Shown: positions 36,310-43,420, counted from the first letter of the stretch. The stretch is 44,867 bases of DNA from an uncultured Desulfobacteraceae bacterium (GCA_964522045.1 CAZFSF010000001.1:1-44867), one strand, 5' to 3'. Notes: generated by a model from the sequence alone, not told the origin. Made by a program: numbers and translations.

Positions 36310-37296
36310 TCATATTATACAAATTGCTGTTTCCAATGATTTGGATGATATTTTATAGATGACTGTATGAGAATTAATTTCGATGTTTTCTTTGTCACCT
36401 ATCTCAGTACACCTTGTGGAAAATTCTCTGATTGCGTTGTTCGATAAGTATTGGTTTCCATTCTCCAGGAGCGCTACCAAATCAATTGTTTCTATTTTTT
36501 TTGAACGATTGTAGTGTAGACGGAAGGAGCTAAGACAATAATAAAGGTATTCTAAAACCTGATCAAATGGATCTTGCTTATTTTTAGCCAACTTTATCTC
36601 AATAAGTGCAAGCCTGTCTTGTGCATCTATGAGAACATCCACTTGGCGCTGGAAGCCCAGAACGAATTGATTGAAATACGATCCTTGTTTATAGAAGGAA
36701 GCAAGGAATTCGTAAAGATAGCCTTGACATCTCTTATTTAATAGAAGTACCTCCACACCTGCTTCGCTGACAGGCCGACGAAGCACAGAAACTGGAAAGA
36801 CAGACTCAATATCAGGAGGAATTTGTGGTCGATTAGAGGAAATGGCATTCCCTAATCGCAGTGTTTTTTCTATGAGATAATTGCCTTCATTTGTAGTAAG
36901 GGGTGTTGCATTTACTTGTTTATTCGCAATGAGGGTGGCGATGATGTGTCTGTTCAAGACAAATGAGATCTTAGAAGCATCTCTTTCGTCTGAATAGAGC
37001 TTAACCATGGGCGTAGCTTTGGCCATTTCAGTTTTGAACCACACTCTATTTTTATAACGTGCATTACCTCGTCTGTCCCTACCATAGATGGGACTTCTGT
37101 CGACACATTGTTGGTCAGAAACAATTTCAAACGGGCCAAACACTACCCATTTGAGTCCGTCAAATAAAAAAGCTATGTCGCCTGCTTTGACATTTGCAAG
37201 CGAATTTGAAACTGAGGCGCCAAAGCAGCAGTGCTCAAGACATTCTTGAGTGAACTTAGTTGTAAAGAATACATGGTAGGTTCTCATATTATTCAT
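36310..37296 (-). CDS. PUA-superfamily (DCD/EVE-like) domain fused to a PD-(D/E)xK nuclease domain; candidate modification-dependent (type IV-like) restriction enzyme
   Basis: The N-terminus YHVFFTTKFTQECLEHCCFGASVSNSLANVKAGDIAFLFDGLKWVVFGPFEIVSD...RYKNRVWF follows the DCD/EVE pattern (T..EC....FG....v..G...FLF....l.G.FE..S....fP.rV.F). The C-terminus QRQVDVLIDAQDRLALIEIKLAKNKQDPFDQVLEYLYY carries a D...ExK nuclease core (NucS/DUF91-like). Confidence 0.6.
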   Translation of the reverse strand: MNNMRTYHVFFTTKFTQECLEHCCFGASVSNSLANVKAGDIAFLFDGLKWVVFGPFEIVSDQQCVDRSPIYGRDRRGNARYKNRVWFKTEMAKATPMVKLYSDERDASKISFVLNRHIIATLIANKQVNATPLTTNEGNYLIEKTLRLGNAISSNRPQIPPDIESVFPVSVLRRPVSEAGVEVLLLNKRCQGYLYEFLASFYKQGSYFNQFVLGFQRQVDVLIDAQDRLALIEIKLAKNKQDPFDQVLEYLYYCLSSFRLHYNRSKKIETIDLVALLENGNQYLSNNAIREFSTRCTEIGDKENIEINSHTVIYKISSKSLETAICII

Positions 37297-37634
37297 TTGA
37301 AAGAATTAGTGAAGTTCAAAAACGACCAGGGTTAATTTCCACTTTTTCAAGTTATCGATGTGATTAATCTATTTGCACTTTGGAAGGGTAGAGAAATATC
37401 TGGCCATTAAACATGCTTATAGAAGCCTAGCAAAAAAACGGTGTGATTTCTAGAGATTTGTAGCGGAATTTTTATTTTTTTGCGAAATGTATAGTCTGCA
37501 ATATCATCAGATATACTATATGATGTGCCAACAATCTAGGCCGGTTTGTATTCTCTAATTGCCTAATCATCTCAGTTAACTGTAGATGGAAGATTTCTAA
37601 CGCTCTATATTGACTTAAGGGAGAAAGAACTCAA

Positions 37635-37781
37635 ATGACTAAAACAGTAGAGATTTATATATACGATTTACAACCAAAAGCGAGGGCCAAATTGCTGGAA
37701 GCATTTGAAACAACGATTGAGGATGAAAACTGGGACACTTTCCCAATTGCAATAATTGAACGGGAATTAGATGATAGGTGA
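37635..37781 (+). CDS. Small acidic hypothetical protein (48 aa)
   Basis: Below the ORF-track size cutoff. ATG 37635 lies after AAGGGAG. Translation: MTKTVEIYIYDLQPKARAKLLEAFETTIEDENWDTFPIAIIERELDDR. Its TGA (37779-37781) overlaps GTG 37778 of the next ORF and ends 8 nt before that ORF's ATG at 37790. Confidence 0.35.
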   Translation: MTKTVEIYIYDLQPKARAKLLEAFETTIEDENWDTFPIAIIERELDDR

Positions 37782-37789
37782 TCTTAATA

Positions 37790-38128
37790 ATGTATTTTCA
37801 GTTTAGAGGAGAAATTTTGGTAGAAATTTTGGGATGCAAGATAGAACCGGCACCAGATGAATGGGATAGAACATATGGGGTTGATTTTTATATAAAAGTG
37901 AATGGTAGTTTTATAGGAATCCAGATTAAACCAATTTCTTCCGGACAATCTATCAATCAATATCAATGGGTAGAAATGCATCGAAAAAATCATGAACGAT
38001 TTAAAAACGATTTTGGAGGTCATGTCTTTTTCGTATATTCTGTCAAAGGTTCAGGGAAAAAGAAAAAGATTTACAATACAGATGTGATTGACAAAATCAT
38101 TGAAGAAATAGACCGATTAACACACTGA
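37790..38128 (+). CDS. Small PD-(D/E)xK-like nuclease-fold protein (MjaI restriction endonuclease-like?), 112 aa
   Basis: ATG 37790 is preceded by AGGTGA (track start GTG 37778 is also possible). The core YGVDFYIKVNGSFIGIQIKPISSG has a D...(Q)xK arrangement that I associate with MjaI-type/mini restriction folds. The family call is tentative. Confidence 0.45.
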   Translation: MYFQFRGEILVEILGCKIEPAPDEWDRTYGVDFYIKVNGSFIGIQIKPISSGQSINQYQWVEMHRKNHERFKNDFGGHVFFVYSVKGSGKKKKIYNTDVIDKIIEEIDRLTH

Positions 38129-38133
38129 AAAAT

Positions 38134-38256
38134 AGCGAACAAGACGTTCAAGATTGACGGGCAGGAACGAGCGGTTTGCTCTAAACACCAGCTTCGTTTT
38201 ACCAATTGCTACGATTTTACCGTGCCCCCTGCCCGCAACTTAACTCTGCGTTATTT
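38134..38256 (+). mobile_element. attC-like integron recombination site (123 nt)
   Basis: R'' AGCGAAC (38134-40), 5-nt spacer, L'' GTTCAAGATTGACGGGCAGG (38146-65), 62-nt central part, L' CCTGCCCGCAACTTAAC (38228-44), 5-nt spacer, R' GTTATTT (38250-56). The L arms give 17 bp with 3 single-base bulges. The AACAAnnCGTTCAAG...CTTAACTCnGCGTTA layout mirrors the aadA1/aadA7 attC as I remember it. Confidence 0.6.
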
Positions 38257-38289
38257 GCCGCATAGACTAAAAGGTGGAAATATAACCGA

Positions 38290-40503
38290 ATGATCGAAAA
38301 AGATTTTGAAATATCGTTTATTGCGGACCTTGCACTGCGCGAGAAACAGATTCAGCAAAACTACCGTCCGATTATTGCTGTTCATAAATGGTTTGCCAGA
38401 CGTCCGGGTACGCTGTTTCGTGGACTGCTTTTGTCTGAATTCTCGGAAAGACCGCTTAGAGAGGTGTACTACAAGACGAACGATCTTTCAGGCCGCCATG
38501 TTGCTGATCCGTTTATGGGTGGGGGAACGCCGATTCTGGAGGCAAACCGTGTCGGATGCAATGTGATTGGATTTGACATCAACCCCATGTCTTATTGGAT
38601 TGTCAAACAGGAAATTGAACATCTTAACCTGGATGATTATTCGGATGCAGCCAAGTTACTGCGCTCAACTCTTGAAAAGGAAATCGGGTATCTTTATCGA
38701 ACACAATGCACTTTTTGTGGATCACATGATACCCACGTAAAATACTTCCTTTGGGTGAAAGTAATGCCATGCAAAAAATGCGGAAAGGAGATTGATCTCT
38801 TTCCCGGTTATCTGCTGTCGGCTGATTCCCGACATCCCAGAAACGTCTTTGTGTGTCCGGCTTGTGGAGAATTAGCCGAGACCGGAGATCGGAAGAAGCC
38901 CGGCAGATGTATTCATTGTTCTTTTGAACTGACCGCAGACGGCCCTGCAAAAAAAGGCCGTTGCAAATGCCCTGAATGCGGCGCTGACAACCATTTCCCA
39001 AATCCACATCTTGGGGCACCGACGCACCGCCTTTTTGCAATGGAATATCATTGCCCTAAATGCAAACCTTCTCATAAGGGCAGATTTTTTAAAAAGCCAG
39101 ACGCTCAGGATATCGTAAAGGTTAAAGAGACCTCAAAACGCTTTTCCAGGATACGTTCAAAGTATATTCCTGAGGCTGAGATCCCAAGCGGTGACGAAAC
39201 GAACCGTCTGCATCGCTGGGGATATACACATTACCGGGAAATGTTTAACGATCGGCAACTTCTCGGGCTGGAACTTTCTGCCCGAATTATTGCTGATACA
39301 TTCAATGATCGGGTGCGTAATGCGTTGGCAACAAACCTTTCCGACTTGCTCCGTTATCAAAATATGTTGTGCCGCTATGACACAAGGGCACTAAAGTCTC
39401 TCGATATTTTCTCGGTTCACGGATTCCCGGTTGGGTTGATTCAATGCGAGTCAAACTTCCTTGGGATCATGGAACCAGGCCGAACTATGTGTATCGGCAG
39501 CGGCGGATGGGCTAACATCATTGAAAAGTTCAAGAAGGCTAAATCCTATTGTGACCACCCTTTTGAAGTTAGGTTTCAAGGGCGCGCAAAGAAAATAATC
39601 CCTATCAAAGGTGAATGGATCGGAGATCACTTAAACGGTGGTGACACCGAACCAGCGAGAGTCGTTAATATCTCATGCCAAGACGCTGCGTCTTCCAATC
39701 TGCCGGATGGTTTTCTGGACGCCGTCTTTACGGATCCTCCCTATTTCGCCAATGTTCAGTATGCTGAACTCATGGATTTTTGTTACGTCTGGCTGAAAAA
39801 ATTGGTTGGCCAGAAGTTCCCTGCATTCAGTGCCGTTTCTACACGCACACCTGATGAATTGACCGGCAATGTAGACATGGGGCGGGGACTCGATCATTTC
39901 ACACGAGGAATTTCTGCTGTATTTCAAAAAATGTCGAAGGCACTAAAACCCGGCGCACCCCTGGCATTCACTTATCATCACAATACAATCGAAGCGTATT
40001 ACCCCGTGGCGGTGGCGCTCCTTGATGCAGGTCTGACCTGTTCTGCATCGCTTCCCTGTCCTGGCGAAATGGGTGCATCCATTCATATCAATGGGACCGG
40101 CTCATCCGTAATCGACACCATCTTTGTTTGCCGGACAACAGGCGTCATGCAGCGAAAATGGATAGCGGATTCGCCACATGAGCTTGCCGGAATTATAGGA
40201 AAAGACTTAAACCATCTCAAGGCCGGAAATGTCAAACCGACTCGTGGCGACATCAGATGTGTTACCTATGGGCATCTAATCCGGTTGGCGACCTGGTCCT
40301 TGCGACTTAACTGGAATAAGAACAAACCAACAACATCACGTATCGAAAAAGTGGCAGACTGGCTCCAACGCTTCGGTGGTTGGGCCGAGGTCGAAAAATG
40401 CATGGAGCACGTTAAAAGAGAAACGACAGAGGATATGCCGTTGTTTTCTGTGCATGAGAGCGATGCAAATTATGGAGATGAATATGCCGACGTTCCCTTT
40501 TGA
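38290..40503 (+). CDS. DUF1156-type DNA methyltransferase with multiple Zn-ribbons (COG1743-like, N6-A/N4-C)
   Basis: N-terminal DUF1156 signature AVHKWFARRPGTLFRGLLL, SAM motif VADPFMGGGTPILEANRVGCNVIGFDINP, and catalytic motif VFTDPPYFANVQY. Inserted Cys pairs: CTFCG...CKKCG, CPACG...CIHC, CKCPECG, CPKC. Confidence 0.85.
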   Translation: MIEKDFEISFIADLALREKQIQQNYRPIIAVHKWFARRPGTLFRGLLLSEFSERPLREVYYKTNDLSGRHVADPFMGGGTPILEANRVGCNVIGFDINPMSYWIVKQEIEHLNLDDYSDAAKLLRSTLEKEIGYLYRTQCTFCGSHDTHVKYFLWVKVMPCKKCGKEIDLFPGYLLSADSRHPRNVFVCPACGELAETGDRKKPGRCIHCSFELTADGPAKKGRCKCPECGADNHFPNPHLGAPTHRLFAMEYHCPKCKPSHKGRFFKKPDAQDIVKVKETSKRFSRIRSKYIPEAEIPSGDETNRLHRWGYTHYREMFNDRQLLGLELSARIIADTFNDRVRNALATNLSDLLRYQNMLCRYDTRALKSLDIFSVHGFPVGLIQCESNFLGIMEPGRTMCIGSGGWANIIEKFKKAKSYCDHPFEVRFQGRAKKIIPIKGEWIGDHLNGGDTEPARVVNISCQDAASSNLPDGFLDAVFTDPPYFANVQYAELMDFCYVWLKKLVGQKFPAFSAVSTRTPDELTGNVDMGRGLDHFTRGISAVFQKMSKALKPGAPLAFTYHHNTIEAYYPVAVALLDAGLTCSASLPCPGEMGASIHINGTGSSVIDTIFVCRTTGVMQRKWIADSPHELAGIIGKDLNHLKAGNVKPTRGDIRCVTYGHLIRLATWSLRLNWNKNKPTTSRIEKVADWLQRFGGWAEVEKCMEHVKRETTEDMPLFSVHESDANYGDEYADVPF

Positions 40504-41518
40504 AGTTACCCTGGAAGAAATTCTCAGAGATCCGGAAAACTATGTTGATTCTGTGTTTTCATGCCTGGAATCGGAATTCCTCGTTATGCCCAAAGGGGCA
40601 GGATTTGTGGAATACCCTGTTTTCGAACGTGGTTATGAAGCATTGAAAGCAGCCACAGATGGATTTTCCATTCTTGATCCTGACAAGGTTTACCCTGTGA
40701 CAGTTTTCAGTCCTATTTCGATTGTGGTTCTGCGAACCATACTTGGTTTTACACCTCCGGAGTGGGGCTATGTAACTATGCAAAGAACCGGCGTGCAGGT
40801 TACACAGGGCTTTGTGCGTTCTCTGGATCGGAAGGTCCGAATGGCGCCTGAAACGGAACTCAAGACAAACGGAGTTACGAAGGAACGACTTGAGGCGATG
40901 GTTCAAACCGCGTGTCAATTGCTATCGGCCAGTGCTCCCGAAGTAGACATTGATCAATTGCACCGGTTGAACAAGGCCGATACAAAACAGGGTGTTTCCA
41001 GCATCAAGAATCTATCTCGAATAGGTGCTCCCTATGCCATGCTGTTGTATGAACGGTTGCTTGGAAGGCCTTTTGCCGGACATCGTGACTCCGTTAGCGA
41101 GATTATTGGCGACAGCTTAGAGTCTGCCATCGAGGATGTTCTCTCCAAAGCGGGCATTAGTTTCCGTAAAACCAAACGAGCGGAACGAATCGAAGGTTTC
41201 GACCAAACGCCGGATTTTATCATACCCAGTGAATTCAATCCGCAAATTGTCATAGAGGCAAAGATTACAGAAGACGATGGCACAGCGCGTGATAAGGTGA
41301 CACGCATTCAACATCTTGGTGAATTGAGCCTTGCCGGAAGATCCGAAGATAACCCAAAATACGAAGTTATTGCTTGTATCGGTGGACGTGGCTTCGGTGT
41401 CCGCAGGGAGGATATGAAAAAGATGATCCTTGCAACGAGGGGCAAGGTGTTTACTGCGAAAACTTTGGATCGTCTTGTTGAATGTACCCGATTAAGAGAA
41501 TTTAAGGCAAATCAATAG
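40484..41518 (+). CDS. PD-(D/E)xK restriction endonuclease-like protein (344 aa), probable partner of the DUF1156 methyltransferase
   Basis: Preferred start is ATG 40484 (GGAGA 6 nt upstream), overlapping the methyltransferase 3' end by 20 nt. The C-terminal core GDSLESAIEDVLSKAGISF...TPDFIIPSEFNPQIVIEAKITEDDGTARDK is a textbook PD...ExK motif. The N-terminal ~230 aa are unassigned. Confidence 0.6.
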   Translation: MPTFPFEVTLEEILRDPENYVDSVFSCLESEFLVMPKGAGFVEYPVFERGYEALKAATDGFSILDPDKVYPVTVFSPISIVVLRTILGFTPPEWGYVTMQRTGVQVTQGFVRSLDRKVRMAPETELKTNGVTKERLEAMVQTACQLLSASAPEVDIDQLHRLNKADTKQGVSSIKNLSRIGAPYAMLLYERLLGRPFAGHRDSVSEIIGDSLESAIEDVLSKAGISFRKTKRAERIEGFDQTPDFIIPSEFNPQIVIEAKITEDDGTARDKVTRIQHLGELSLAGRSEDNPKYEVIACIGGRGFGVRREDMKKMILATRGKVFTAKTLDRLVECTRLREFKANQ

Positions 41519-41522
41519 AAAG

Positions 41523-41593
41523 GCCTAACGGGCGCTCCACCTGACCACTATGCCGCTACGCTCTATAGCGGAAGGTGGGCGTAGTCGTTCGTT
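41523..41593 (+). mobile_element. Second, weaker attC-like site (71 nt)
   Basis: R'' GCCTAAC (41523-29; a perfect RYYYAAC). Stem CTCCACCT (41535-42) pairs with AGGTGGG (41573-79) with one bulged T. An inner hairpin ccgcta/tagcgg follows, then GTTCGTT (41587-93). The 3' flank shares 15/20 nt with the 3' flank of the 38134-38256 site. Confidence 0.4.
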
Positions 41594-41812
41594 GCCTCAT
41601 AGATATCCACATTCTGAGGGGTAAAGAAATCGCTTGAATCGGACTATCCGGGCTCAGAGACCCCGGCGTTACGCCCGATTCATGGCTTCGCCACCGGGAT
41701 TTCAAAGCCAGCCCAACCGGCAGAGCCGTAAGGATTCTGGGCACAGAGGGTAAGGGTTTCCATTTTGGACTAAACATCATTTTGTTTGTTAAATCCGGAA
41801 AAGGAGGGCATT

Positions 41813-42601
41813 ATGAAATTGGAAATTATTTCAAGAAAGCCAGAAGGTGTTTCTCGTGAAGTACCAATCCTTTTTGTTCATGGTGCATGGCATGGAGCAT
41901 GGTGCTGGGAAAAAAACTTTATGCCCTACTTTGCTGAAAATGGCTATACCTCTTATGCGTTGAGTTTACGGGGGCATGGAAATAGTGAAAGACCTGCACA
42001 TTTCCGCTGGATGCGCATCGCTGATTATGTGGAAGATTTGGCACAAGTGGTGGACCAACTACCTGAAGACCCGGTGATAGTTGGGCATTCAATGGGCGGT
42101 CTGGTTGTTCAGAAATATTTGGAGGAACATACTGCGCCCACGGCCGTATTGCTGGCTTCCGTTCCCGTCAAAGGCGTGTTGCGAACGACCCTTCGGATTG
42201 CCCTTCGTCACCCGCTGGTTTTTTTGAAAGCCAACCTCACCTGGAGCCTATATCCGATAATCGGGAAGCCGAGACTTACCCGGGAGGCCTTTTTCTCTAT
42301 GGATACCCTCCCTGATACGCTAAATGGGTATTTTAGTCTTATGCAGGATGAGTCCTATCTCGCTTTTTTAGACATGATGTTTTTCAAACTACCGAATCCT
42401 GAAAAGGTCTCAACGGAATTGCTAATCATTGGCGCAGAGAACGATAACATATTCCATCCTGATGAAATACAAGCGACTGCGGCAGCATATGACAAAAAGC
42501 CTGAGATCTTCAAAGGGATGGCACATGATATGATGTTGGAGGATGGATGGCAAACTGTAGCAGATCGAATACTCGAGTGGCTTCATGAAAAAGACATATG
42601 A
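41813..42601 (+). CDS. Alpha/beta hydrolase
   Basis: ATG 41813 follows AAGGAGGG (track start 41786 is TTG). Nucleophile elbow VGHSMGG and N-terminal ILFVHGAWHGAWCW. Confidence 0.8.
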   Translation: MKLEIISRKPEGVSREVPILFVHGAWHGAWCWEKNFMPYFAENGYTSYALSLRGHGNSERPAHFRWMRIADYVEDLAQVVDQLPEDPVIVGHSMGGLVVQKYLEEHTAPTAVLLASVPVKGVLRTTLRIALRHPLVFLKANLTWSLYPIIGKPRLTREAFFSMDTLPDTLNGYFSLMQDESYLAFLDMMFFKLPNPEKVSTELLIIGAENDNIFHPDEIQATAAAYDKKPEIFKGMAHDMMLEDGWQTVADRILEWLHEKDI

Positions 42602-42757
42602 TTCAAAACAGTACCAATGCTTGAAATCCTATGTCGCCGAATCAGCCAATACACCTGGTCCCAAAAGCTGGCCCCATAAACAACTTTAAGGATTAGACAG
42701 ATATTCTCTTTCTTGACATTATGTGGAAAGTTTTGGCGCAGGTGACCGCCAGTTAGC

Positions 42758-43420
42758 ATGCCGAGGATACTATTTATGACTCCATCATTGACAAAGATGA
42801 GTCTAACGGAAGGCACAGTATACTTAGCTGGCCGCGACAACGATCTCGCACGCCTCCTCGTGGCCGATGGTGTACCGCCCCTTTGGGAAAGAAAGCCCTG
42901 TTTTTCGACATTGATCCACATTATTCTTGAACAGCAGGTGTCTCTTGCATCAGCTAAAGCTATGTACCGTCGACTAATCGATAGCTTGGTACCATTTACA
43001 CCAGATCGTTTTTTGGAATTGGGTTCATCATATCTGAGTTCGCTGGGTGTCACTCGACAGAAAGCAGCGTATTGCATTAATCTTGCCGAGGCAATTCTTG
43101 GGGACCGACTTGATCTAAGAGCCGTATCCAGAATGGATGACTTTGCTGTTGTTGACACACTTACTCGAATCAAAGGCATCGGTCCCTGGACCGCAGGTAT
43201 CTATCTCTTGATGGCCCTGCGCAGGCCAGATGTCTGGCCCTCTGGGGACATTGCGCTGACAAATACAGTACGAAAGGTGAAGGGCCTTCATGAGTATCCA
43301 TCTCCATCTACACTATCCAGAGTTGCTGAGACCTGGCGTCCTTTTCGGTCAGTTGCGGCGAGAATGCTGTGGCATCACTACTTGTCGAACAAGACTCAAG
43401 TTGTATCGGAGGCACGCTGA
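42758..43420 (+). CDS. DNA-3-methyladenine glycosylase II-like (AlkA/HhH-GPD family)
   Basis: ILEQQVSLASAKAMYRRL, HhH LTRIKGIGPWTAGIYLLMAL, and catalytic-Asp region WPSGDIAL. Confidence 0.8.
   Translation: MPRILFMTPSLTKMSLTEGTVYLAGRDNDLARLLVADGVPPLWERKPCFSTLIHIILEQQVSLASAKAMYRRLIDSLVPFTPDRFLELGSSYLSSLGVTRQKAAYCINLAEAILGDRLDLRAVSRMDDFAVVDTLTRIKGIGPWTAGIYLLMALRRPDVWPSGDIALTNTVRKVKGLHEYPSPSTLSRVAETWRPFRSVAARMLWHHYLSNKTQVVSEAR

Noticed and set aside
36223-37634. Looked for additional attC-like sites after the dead methyltransferase and upstream of the PUA-nuclease gene (for example GTTCAAAAAC...TTTTTCAAGTTAT at 37313-37355, tgccaacaatc at ~37528, A9/T9 stem 37430-37490)
   Set aside because: The arms are not complementary in the required orientation, and no RYYYAAC/GTTRRRY pair with proper spacing is present. 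Only the two sites at 38134 and 41523 hold up.
41556-41780. 74-aa minus-strand ORF; the region was also checked for a c-di-GMP (GEMM) riboswitch (gggcacagagggtaaggg) and group II intron domain V (agagccgtaagg)
   Set aside because: The ORF has no motif or RBS. Similarity to both RNA motifs is limited to a few bases and lacks the required paired helices.
42583-43179. 198-aa minus-strand ORF overlapping the hydrolase 3' end and the AlkA-like gene
   Set aside because: It is antisense to an ORF with clear HhH-GPD motifs. It has no motifs of its own and no RBS context.
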